Part shown: piece after piece, positions 38,354 to 46,628 of the stretch
How the letters are laid out: every line of letters begins with the position of its first letter
Position numbering within the stretch: position 1 is the first letter of the stretch
NCBI GenBank assembly: GCA_947628585.1
Contig: CANRAL010000002.1
Coordinates: 1,343 to 65,342 of the forward strand
Origin: an uncultured Bacilli bacterium
GTDB lineage: Bacteria; Bacillota_I; Bacilli_A; RF39; UBA660
Direction of reading: 5' to 3'
DNA length: 64,000 nt
Translations under genes and position numbers: made by a program
Notes under the pieces: model-generated
Told to the model about the DNA's origin: nothing
The model's input: the letters and a program-made list of their open reading frames with translations, nothing else
Database searches by the model: none

Positions 38354-39949
38354 ATGTATGATAATTTTTTAAGATTTGTAAATGTAATAAACTATGTTAT
38401 TTATGCTCGTCTTTCTAAAGAAGAACAAGGGAAAAGTCCTGAGGAACAAAGTCGAAGTATAAAAAATCAAATAAAAGTATGCCAAAATTACATTGAAGAA
38501 GAAAAAAAGACTTATCCTAATTGTAAATTTATAGAAGTAGCTATTTTAAAAGATGATGGAATATCGGGAACAACATTTAATAGAGAAAATTTTAATGAAC
38601 TGGTAAAATTAATTGAACAAAAACAAATAAATATGGTTATAACTAAAGACTTATCAAGACTTGGTAGAGACCATATTCAAACCGATGATTATATTGAAAA
38701 ATGGTTTCCCGAACATAATGTTCGTTATGTTTCTATCATGGAAAATATTGATACTTATGTCGATTCTGTAAGTAATGAAATTGCCCCGATTATCAACTGG
38801 AGTAATGAAAACTTTGCTAGACAAACTTCTAAAAAGATTAAAAAAACATTTAAAGAATATCGTCAGGAAGGAAAATGGACTGGAGGAGAAATTCCATTAG
38901 GTTATAAAAAAGATCCTCATAATAAATATCATTTTATAGTAGATGAAAAAGGTAAAGAAATTGTAGAAAGAATATTTAATTTAGCTTTGGAAAACAATAG
39001 TATTGAAAAAATTACTAAAATTCTTACAAAAGAAAATGTTCCCCTTCCCTCTTTAGTAAAGAAAAATGCAAGAAAACTAAGGGTTAATATTTGGTCTAGT
39101 AATACTATTAAAGCTATTTTACAAAATGAAATGTATTTAGGACATATGGTTCAAGGAAAAACAACTCGTTTAAATCATAAATCAAAAAAAATTATATATC
39201 TTCCTAAAAATCAATGGACTATTGTTAAAAATACCCATGAACCGATAATTGATATTAATACATTTAATAATGTTCAATTATTATTTAAGGCTAGTAAAAA
39301 TAAATCTTTTAAATCATTAGATTATCTTTTAAAAGGATTAATAAAATGTAAGGAATGCCAACATAGAATTAGTTTACAAACTTACCCCAAAAGAAAAAAA
39401 TGTTATACAATATGTAATTATTATCGAAAATATGGTAGCAAAAAAAATGTATGTACTGCCCATAGATTTAATTACAAAGATTTAGAAAATTTAATTTTAA
39501 CCAATATTAAAGAAGAATGTTTTTCCCATATTGATAAAAATAATTTAATAAATATAATTAAAAATTATCAAAAAAATAATCAAACAATAAATAATATTAA
39601 AAATAATATAAATAAAAGTAATCAAGAAATTACTAAATTAAAAAACCAAATTAATCAAATTTATAATGATAAATTAGAAGGAATTATTACTAAAGAACAA
39701 TATCAAAATATAACCAAAAATAAATATGAATCTCTGGAATATGAAAAAAAGAAATTACTTTGGCAAAATAATCAATTAGCTAAAATAGTAAAAAAGCAAA
39801 GTATGAACCAAAACTATACAAAAATTATTGATGATTTTTTATCTTTAAAAAATCCTTATAGATTAATTATATTAAATTTAATTGATGTAATCTATTTAAG
39901 TGAAAATGGGAATATAGATATTTATTACAAAATTCAAAAACCTTTATAG
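38354..39949 (+). CDS. Large serine recombinase (second copy, divergent paralogue of 26138..27754)
   Basis: YARLSKEEQG...IKNQIKV catalytic region. DLSRLGRD. Cys cluster CKECQH...CTAH. C-terminal coiled coil. Length is 531 aa. Confidence 0.9.
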   Translation: MYDNFLRFVNVINYVIYARLSKEEQGKSPEEQSRSIKNQIKVCQNYIEEEKKTYPNCKFIEVAILKDDGISGTTFNRENFNELVKLIEQKQINMVITKDLSRLGRDHIQTDDYIEKWFPEHNVRYVSIMENIDTYVDSVSNEIAPIINWSNENFARQTSKKIKKTFKEYRQEGKWTGGEIPLGYKKDPHNKYHFIVDEKGKEIVERIFNLALENNSIEKITKILTKENVPLPSLVKKNARKLRVNIWSSNTIKAILQNEMYLGHMVQGKTTRLNHKSKKIIYLPKNQWTIVKNTHEPIIDINTFNNVQLLFKASKNKSFKSLDYLLKGLIKCKECQHRISLQTYPKRKKCYTICNYYRKYGSKKNVCTAHRFNYKDLENLILTNIKEECFSHIDKNNLINIIKNYQKNNQTINNIKNNINKSNQEITKLKNQINQIYNDKLEGIITKEQYQNITKNKYESLEYEKKKLLWQNNQLAKIVKKQSMNQNYTKIIDDFLSLKNPYRLIILNLIDVIYLSENGNIDIYYKIQKPL

Positions 39950-39962
39950 TGCCACTTTTATA

Positions 39963-40576
39963 TATTTACAACAGGACCAGTAGGGCCTGCACCAACTTTA
40001 GCGGTCGGTCCTGTAACTACTCTACCACCAGAATCAGAAGCCACAGTTGGTATTACGGGTCAAGATGGTAATTATACTTTAACCTTTTCAATACCTCAAG
40101 GGGCAACTGGCGAAACGGGTCCAACTGGAGCTACTGGCAATGGCTTAGCTGCCTATGGAGGCTTGTATAATGCCACTCCTAATGATACTTTAACCTTTAC
40201 AGATGGTAATGCTACGGAAGTTACTTTAGGCACTGCAATGACTGATGTTAATATTACCGCGAATGGAAATGAAATAACTATTATCGAACCTGGTGACTAC
40301 GAAATATCTTATGTTTTAACTGTAACATCTACAGCTGGAGCTAATAATGTAGAGTTTGGGGTTCGACAAAATGATGTTGATATAACAGCTACTGAAGTAA
40401 CTAAAAATTTAACGAGCAATACGCCCATCACTTTCAGTGGTAATGTTATTCTTAATCTTGGGGCAACAGATACAATTGATATGCAATTAACTAATCCGGC
40501 AGCTTCAGGAAATGTGGCTATTAATGAAGCTACATTAGTTGTTAAAAAATTAAGTACTGCTACTCCTACAAATTAA
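39963..40576 (+). pseudogene. Collagen-like (BclA-like) protein, 3' portion: remaining Gly-X-Y repeats plus C-terminal beta-rich (BclA-C/C1q-like) domain
   Basis: In-frame TGPVGPAPTLAVGPVTT...GATGETGPTGATGNGLAAYGG continues into the listed ORF 40163..40576. That ORF has no independent RBS-start context. Confidence 0.7.
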
Positions 40577-40604
40577 TTTAAAAAGACAAGTTTTATCCTT
40601 GTCT

Positions 40605-41321
40605 TTATCTTTTTATTGAATTTTTTAAATACCCATCTACTTCTTCTTTAATAGGTATTTCTTTAATAGTTTTATATAAAAATTTAGCATTTATAGCTTC
40701 TATCATTGATCTTTCTTCTAAAAATTTAGCAAAACCTCTTACATCAACATTATTAATAAAATCATAATATTGTTCAGTTTCTTTTTCACTTATTACAACT
40801 GGGGCATAACCTTCATGAAAGAAATGAATATTCATTATAGTTCGACATAGTCTTTTATTACCATCTTCAAAAGGATGAATTCGCATCAAAGCAATGTGAA
40901 ACATAGCCTCTTTTTCATACACGTTATCTAAAGCAGACCAAACATTATAATAATTATTTAATAAATTATATAATTCATAATAAATCCTTTGAGGTGGTAC
41001 AACTTCCCAATTAACATTAAAACGAGCGATAACATTTATTTTACGAAAATCAGCAATTCCATTATGTTCATTTATAATATTGCCAATTTTTTGAATATCC
41101 GCGGGGCTCATTTTTTCCAAAGATGACAAAGCCATTTTAAAAGCTTTAAGTAAACTATCAATCATATTTTGTCTTTTTTCTTCATTATCACTATGTTCAA
41201 CATCTTCAATTGAATAAACAAAGCGATCTAAAAAATTATCTAAATAGATATTTCGAAATTCTTCGTCTTGCAATATTTTGCGATATATTTCCAATGCGGT
41301 AGTACTCACTAATATCACCAC
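40605..41321 (-). CDS. Fic/DOC-family protein
   Basis: Fic motif HPFEDGNKRLCR. Confidence 0.8.
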   Translation of the reverse strand: MVILVSTTALEIYRKILQDEEFRNIYLDNFLDRFVYSIEDVEHSDNEEKRQNMIDSLLKAFKMALSSLEKMSPADIQKIGNIINEHNGIADFRKINVIARFNVNWEVVPPQRIYYELYNLLNNYYNVWSALDNVYEKEAMFHIALMRIHPFEDGNKRLCRTIMNIHFFHEGYAPVVISEKETEQYYDFINNVDVRGFAKFLEERSMIEAINAKFLYKTIKEIPIKEEVDGYLKNSIKR

Positions 41322-41397
41322 CCAATTATATTATAACATGTTTTTAAACTTTTTGCATAGATTTTAAAGAAAGAAGGAATTTTTTATAAAAATATGT

Positions 41398-42465
41398 GTA
41401 TATGCTATATCTAAAAACGAAGAAAAATTTGTTGATCGTTGGTATAATTCTATTAAAGATGCTGATGAAATAATTGTTTTAGATACTGGTTCAACTGATA
41501 AAACTATAGAAAAGTTAAAAAAATATAATATTAAGGTTTTTGAACAAGAAATAAAACCATGGCGTTTTGATAATGCCCGTAATTTATCACTAGACTTAGT
41601 TCCGAGCGATACTGACGTTTGCATTTGTTTAGATTTAGATGAAGTTATTTTGCCGGGTTGGCGCGAAGAAATAGAAAAAATTTGGCAAAAAGATACTACG
41701 CGTTTACGATACATTTATAATTGGTATTTGGAAAATGATATTCCTAAAGTATCTTTTTACTCGGAAAAAATTCATTGTCGAAATAATTTTAGATGGGTTA
41801 ATCCCGTTCATGAAATTTTAAAATATGAGGGAGAAGAAAAACAAATATATACTAATAATTTAATAATTAATCATTACCCAGACCGAAGTAAATCGCGAAG
41901 CAATTATTTACCCCTTCTAGAACTAAGTGTTAAAGAAAATCCTCAAAACGACCGAAATATGCATTATTTAGGAAGAGAATATATGTATTATGGTAAATGG
42001 AATGAAGCAATTGATACATTAATTAAACATTTAAAACTCAAAACGGCAACATGGAAAGATGAAAGATGTGCATCTATGCGCTTTATATCTCGTTGTTATA
42101 AAAACTTAAATCGTTTTGATGAAGCCGAAATGTGGTTAAAAAAGGCAATCAATGAAGCTCCTTATTTAAGAGATCCCTATGTAGAAATGGCTATGTTAAA
42201 ATATGCTTTTGAAGATTATTCGGGAATCATTGAATATGGTGAAAAAGCCTTAAAAATTAAACAAAATAAAAAAACTTATATCAATGAAATATTTAGCTGG
42301 GATGAAACGATTAATGACTTACTTTCCCTTGCCTACTTTAATATTCACGATATTGATAAAGCTATAAAAAATGCTAAAGATGCTTTAAAAATAAATTCCC
42401 AAAACGAAAGAATTAAAGAAAATTTAAAAATATTTAAAGAAACTAAGAAAAAAATAGAAAAATAA
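41398..42465 (+). CDS. Family-2 glycosyltransferase with C-terminal TPR repeats (5' end uncertain)
   Basis: In-frame CVYAISKNEEKFVDRWYNSIKDADEIIVLDTGSTDKT (GT2 N-terminus) is contiguous with the listed ORF 41650..42465. TPR-like C-terminal half. No in-frame ATG exists after the upstream stop at 41364. Confidence 0.55.
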   Translation, partial: VYAISKNEEKFVDRWYNSIKDADEIIVLDTGSTDKTIEKLKKYNIKVFEQEIKPWRFDNARNLSLDLVPSDTDVCICLDLDEVILPGWREEIEKIWQKDTTRLRYIYNWYLENDIPKVSFYSEKIHCRNNFRWVNPVHEILKYEGEEKQIYTNNLIINHYPDRSKSRSNYLPLLELSVKENPQNDRNMHYLGREYMYYGKWNEAIDTLIKHLKLKTATWKDERCASMRFISRCYKNLNRFDEAEMWLKKAINEAPYLRDPYVEMAMLKYAFEDYSGIIEYGEKALKIKQNKKTYINEIFSWDETINDLLSLAYFNIHDIDKAIKNAKDALKINSQNERIKENLKIFKETKKKIEK

Positions 42466-42467
42466 AA

Positions 42468-42503
42468 ACTGTCAATCGAATTTATTTCATGACAGTTTTT
42501 TAC
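42468..42503 (+). terminator. Rho-independent terminator after the glycosyltransferase gene
   Basis: AAACTGTCAAT...ATGACAGTTTTTT. Confidence 0.5.
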
Positions 42504-42507
42504 TTTA

Positions 42508-43065
42508 TTATATTTTACTAACTTGATATATTTCCACATCAACTGTGGTTTCTTGACCAAATAAATCAATAACAATATTAAGCCGATTATTTTCTAAATC
42601 AATGTTTTCAACTTTACCAATCATACCATTAAATGGTCCGTCAACGATACTAACTTGATCACCAACATTAAGTTCTTTTTCCGCATTTACTCTACTCATA
42701 CCCATACTAGCTAAAATGCGATCAATTTCTTGAGGTAATAAAGGAGTTGGTTTAGCCCCTTTACCAGATGAACCAATAAATCCAGTTACTCCTGGAGTAT
42801 TACGAATCATTAACCAAGCTTCATCGGACATAATCATTTCTACTAAAACATAACCAGGAAACATTTTTTTAACTTTTTCTTTTCTTACTCCATTTTTTAC
42901 TTCTACTTCCGTAGTTTCAGGAATAATAATACGAAAAATATTATCTTGCATGTTCATTGATTCAATTTTTGCTTCTAATTTTTCTTTTACTTTACTTTCA
43001 TGTCCCGAATAAGTATTAACAACATACCATTGTTTTTCCATTAAACAAACATCCCCTTTATCCAA
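42508..43065 (-). CDS. nusG: Transcription termination/antitermination factor NusG
   Basis: NGN plus KOW domains (WYVVNTYSGHE...; GDQVSIVDGPFNGMIGKV). Sits downstream of secE. Confidence 0.9.
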   Translation of the reverse strand: MDKGDVCLMEKQWYVVNTYSGHESKVKEKLEAKIESMNMQDNIFRIIIPETTEVEVKNGVRKEKVKKMFPGYVLVEMIMSDEAWLMIRNTPGVTGFIGSSGKGAKPTPLLPQEIDRILASMGMSRVNAEKELNVGDQVSIVDGPFNGMIGKVENIDLENNRLNIVIDLFGQETTVDVEIYQVSKI

Positions 43066-43247
43066 GACATAATTAAGTTAAGTACGATAAAGAATAAGCA
43101 AATAAATATACAAAAAACTATTGTAGCAATGGAATATTTCACAACTTCCTTTAATGAAGGCCATTTTACTAACTTCATTTCTTTTCTAACTTTGCTAAAA
43201 TAATTTTCTTTTTTAGCTTTTTTCTTTTTTGCCATATAATCCTCCAA
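43041..43247 (-). CDS. secE: Preprotein translocase subunit SecE
   Basis: 68 aa with a single C-terminal TM and an N-terminal KKKAKK segment. Conserved position upstream of nusG. Confidence 0.8.
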   Translation of the reverse strand: MEDYMAKKKKAKKENYFSKVRKEMKLVKWPSLKEVVKYSIATIVFCIFICLFFIVLNLIMSWIKGMFV

Positions 43248-43321
43248 TAAAAAAACACCTTCGTGCTTGTATATAATATAACATATAAAATATTGATAAT
43301 CAATACTTTTATTTAATTTTA

Positions 43322-43951
43322 TTAATCTAAATTTTTTTCACGTTCCTTTAAAATTGTTTTAACTTTATTTTTTATTCTTTGCATAGCATTATCTATTTGC
43401 TTGCTATCTTTTTTTAAAATAATTGCTATTTGACGATAATTAAATCCATCTATCATATATTTAAAAACTTCTAATTCTAATTTAGATAATTCCTTGGTAA
43501 TATTTTCTAATAATTCTTGGTATGTTTCTTCTGAAGTAATATTATATAAAGGATCATTACGATTTCCATCACTAATTAAATCTAGTAAAGGTAAACCAAA
43601 TTTTTCATAAACATAATCTAACGAATAAGAATCTTTTTCATTTAAATACTTAAAGGATTTAGCCTTTTCAAAACATTTCTTGATACTTCTTTTGACACAT
43701 AAATTTATAAATGTTGGTAAAGAAGCTTTCTTGTCTTGTTGATAATAATTTAAAGCATCGGAAAAACCATATAAAGCAGCGCTTTCAAAATCTTTATAAT
43801 CTATTTTCAAAGTTTTAGCCATCTTACTATATTTTTTGATATTAATATCAATAATAAAATGATAACGACTATAAATAATATCTCTAGCTGCTTCATTTTC
43901 CTCTAATAAAAGAGCAAATAATTCATCGTCAGTTATATCTTTTAAATCCAA
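43322..43951 (-). CDS. sigH: Sigma-70 family sigma factor, SigH-like
   Basis: Region 2 and region 4 features in a 209-aa protein. Located between rlmB and secE as in Firmicutes. Confidence 0.65.
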   Translation of the reverse strand: MDLKDITDDELFALLLEENEAARDIIYSRYHFIIDINIKKYSKMAKTLKIDYKDFESAALYGFSDALNYYQQDKKASLPTFINLCVKRSIKKCFEKAKSFKYLNEKDSYSLDYVYEKFGLPLLDLISDGNRNDPLYNITSEETYQELLENITKELSKLELEVFKYMIDGFNYRQIAIILKKDSKQIDNAMQRIKNKVKTILKEREKNLD

Positions 43952-43952
43952 C

Positions 43953-44612
43953 TTAATCCCTCATTTCATAAATTAAAATTCCAGCAGCTACAGAAGCATT
44001 TAAACTTTCGACTTTTTTATTAATTGGTATGTTTACACATAAATCAGAATTTTCTTTTACTAAGCGACTAATTCCCTTTCCTTCATTACCAATTATTAAA
44101 ACTTTTTTTAAAGCATAATCAACTTCTTTATAATTAGTTCCTTCCATATCCGTTGCATAAATAAAATAACCTTCTTTTTTTAATTTTTTAATCGCATCTA
44201 CCAAATTACTAACCATAACAATTTTAATATTTTCAATTGTTCCTGAACTAACCTTTACTACTGTCGAATTAACATTAATGCTACGATCTTTAGGAATAAT
44301 AATTTCTTTTATCCCCGCGGCCACACAAGTTCTTATTATAGCGCCAAAATTATGAGGATCTTCTAAATGATCTAACATAACTACAAAATTACCTTCAATA
44401 TCATTTAAATTATAATATTCATATTCATAGACATCCAAAACTATACCTTGATGATTTCCTTTAACTAATTTATCTAAAAAATCTTTATTTTTTAATTCGT
44501 ATTTAATTTTTTTTGTTTTTAATAAAGGTATAATTTCTTTACGGGAACAATATGCCTTTTTTACTTTTTTACCATCTATTTCTTTTAAAACATTTAATCC
44601 AAATATTAACAT
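43953..44612 (-). CDS. rlmB: TrmH-family 23S rRNA 2'-O-methyltransferase (RlmB-like)
   Basis: SpoU methylase motifs (NFGAIIRT, IGNEGKGIS, ESLNASVAAGILIYE). Confidence 0.75.
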   Translation of the reverse strand: MLIFGLNVLKEIDGKKVKKAYCSRKEIIPLLKTKKIKYELKNKDFLDKLVKGNHQGIVLDVYEYEYYNLNDIEGNFVVMLDHLEDPHNFGAIIRTCVAAGIKEIIIPKDRSINVNSTVVKVSSGTIENIKIVMVSNLVDAIKKLKKEGYFIYATDMEGTNYKEVDYALKKVLIIGNEGKGISRLVKENSDLCVNIPINKKVESLNASVAAGILIYEMRD

Positions 44613-44760
44613 AATCTGCCTCTTCTTTATTAATAATAATTATATCAAAAAATATTTAATAACCCAACCTTTTTTACAAGTCTTTTATTATATAGATTTA
44701 TTTTTAAATAGCAAGGTTTTCGACAAAATAAGACAATTTAAATATTATTCATATACTATC

Positions 44761-45693
44761 ATGGGAGGTAATATGAATTTTGATTATCAATTTGGAAATA
44801 AGTATTATAAATATAGCGATGATGTTGGTTTAGAATTAACAAAATATAAAATTTTGGCTCCAGCCCAATCTCAAGATAAACAACCAGGATTAGAATACAT
44901 TATGAAACCGCGACCTATATTTGATGATCCATCTTATAAAGGAAGTGGAAAATTAAAGGGAAAAGTTGCTATTATTACGGGAGGAGATAGTGGTTTAGGA
45001 AGAGCTTGTGCCGTTATTTATGCAAAAGAAGGGGCTAAAATAGTTATTCCTTATTTAAATGAACATATAGATGCCGAAGAAACAAAGAATTATATTGAAC
45101 GTCTCGGAGGAGAATGTTTACTTATATCTGGTGATTTGACGGATAAAAATTTTTCTCAAAAAATAGTTAAAGAAACATTAAATCGTTTTGGCAAAATTAA
45201 TATTTTAGTTAATAACGCAGGAGTTCAATATCAACAAGATAAATTAGAAAATATCTCCGATGAACAATTTGACTATACTATGAAAGTTAATATATATGGG
45301 ATGTTTTATTTAACTAAAGCCGTTTTACCCTATTTACATAAAGGTGACTGTATAATTAATTTATCTAGTATAACCACTTTTTATGGAGATCCTCAATTAA
45401 TTGATTATGTTACAACTAAAGGAGCAATAGTTGGTTTCACAAGAAGTTTAGCCCGTAATCTAGCTTTAAAGGGAATTAGAGTTAATGCCATAGCCCCAGG
45501 ATTCTTTTGGACTCCTTTACAACCAGCATGTTGGGAAAAAGAAAAAATTTCTTCTTTAGGAGCTAATGCGGCGATGGCTAGAGGTGCAATGCCTTATGAA
45601 TTAGCCCCAACATTTCTTTATTTAGCTTGTTCGGATAATAGTTATATGACGGGTCAAGTAATCCATGTTAATGGTGGCGAAATAATGGGTTAA
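44761..45693 (+). CDS. SDR-family NAD(P)-dependent oxidoreductase (general-stress YhxD/YdaD-like)
   Basis: TGGDSGLGRA Rossmann motif, NNAG and YxxxK catalytic region. Confidence 0.8.
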   Translation: MGGNMNFDYQFGNKYYKYSDDVGLELTKYKILAPAQSQDKQPGLEYIMKPRPIFDDPSYKGSGKLKGKVAIITGGDSGLGRACAVIYAKEGAKIVIPYLNEHIDAEETKNYIERLGGECLLISGDLTDKNFSQKIVKETLNRFGKINILVNNAGVQYQQDKLENISDEQFDYTMKVNIYGMFYLTKAVLPYLHKGDCIINLSSITTFYGDPQLIDYVTTKGAIVGFTRSLARNLALKGIRVNAIAPGFFWTPLQPACWEKEKISSLGANAAMARGAMPYELAPTFLYLACSDNSYMTGQVIHVNGGEIMG

Positions 45694-45697
45694 AAAA

Positions 45698-45722
45698 AGA
45701 TTGTAATTGGCAATCTTTTTTA
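45698..45722. terminator. Bidirectional terminator between convergent genes
   Basis: AAGATTG-TAATTGG-CAATCTT with flanking A/T runs. Confidence 0.45.
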
Positions 45723-46595
45723 ATTTTTATTTTCTTCTTTTTTCGCTTTAGAACTGATAATAATATAAGCAATTAATATTACCAAAGATATAATTAATGT
45801 TCCTCCCGACAACTTTAAACTGAATTTAGTACCTATTGCTAAAATATCATATATATAAGAATTATTATTAATATTTATAGGATTTAATAATAAAGCAAGA
45901 GAAATTATAGTTGTAAATAAAGAAGCAATTATAATTGGTATAGTTCCCACTTTAAAACATTTTCCTTTTGAATAATTAATTAAAACTATAAATAGGATAA
46001 TAATACCCATAGTTAATCCTATAGATTCTATTAATTCATTACCTAAAGTAAAATGGACTATATTTAATGCACTTTTTTCTTCTACAGATAAATTATTTAC
46101 AATAGTATTAGTATCCGGAATAATATTAGAATATTCCGTTGCTTTATTGTGAACAATTTTTAAAATATTATTTTTATCTTTTTCTTTTATTTCACATATT
46201 TGTAATTTATTAATATTATCAATAACATTTCCTACTAAAACTTCTATATCTTGAGTATTTATGATTTTTTGATTATTCCCCGTCATAATAAAATTCATAA
46301 AATTACTAGCAGCATCTCCAAGTAAATTTTTTATTTCTTTAGAATCAATTATTTTTAAAACTATTTCGTCACTTATTCCCATTTTTCTAGTTTCTTCATA
46401 TATTAGTTCTAATAATTTTTCAAATTCATTATTATTTGTAACTAATTTTTCAATTTCGACATGTGATACTATTTCTTTAACATTATCTTCACTAATTACT
46501 TTTTTAATTGGAATTATTATTAATAAAATAAAAGTAAGAATAAATAAAATACTACTTAAAATAATGTTTAAAGCTGTCTTAAAAATTTTTTTCAA
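45720..46595 (-). CDS. Membrane protein, unknown function (291 aa)
   Basis: N- and C-terminal TM segments. Confidence 0.4.
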   Translation of the reverse strand: MKKIFKTALNIILSSILFILTFILLIIIPIKKVISEDNVKEIVSHVEIEKLVTNNNEFEKLLELIYEETRKMGISDEIVLKIIDSKEIKNLLGDAASNFMNFIMTGNNQKIINTQDIEVLVGNVIDNINKLQICEIKEKDKNNILKIVHNKATEYSNIIPDTNTIVNNLSVEEKSALNIVHFTLGNELIESIGLTMGIIILFIVLINYSKGKCFKVGTIPIIIASLFTTIISLALLLNPININNNSYIYDILAIGTKFSLKLSGGTLIISLVILIAYIIISSKAKKEENKN

Positions 46596-46628
46596 TTTAT
46601 CACCTAATTTCTTTTAATATTTATTTTA

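Larger units (their letters stand above)
36663..39962. mobile_element. ~3.3 kb intervening element with large serine recombinase inserted in the collagen-like gene
   Basis: Arms contain inverted copies of AAAAGTGGCACT just inside both junctions (36668.. and 39950..). Crossover is within TATATA. Joining the flanks gives in-frame ...GATGATVYIFTTGPVGPAPT.... Confidence 0.75.

Noticed and set aside
40163-40576. 137-aa ORF as an independent gene
   Set aside because: Its frame is open upstream to 39963 and encodes Gly-X-Y collagen repeats continuous with the 36385 fragment. It is the C-terminal part of the split collagen-like gene.
41364-41714. 116-aa minus-strand ORF
   Set aside because: It overlaps, in antisense, the N-terminal GT2 domain of the glycosyltransferase. 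The GT2 reading is supported by conserved motifs.
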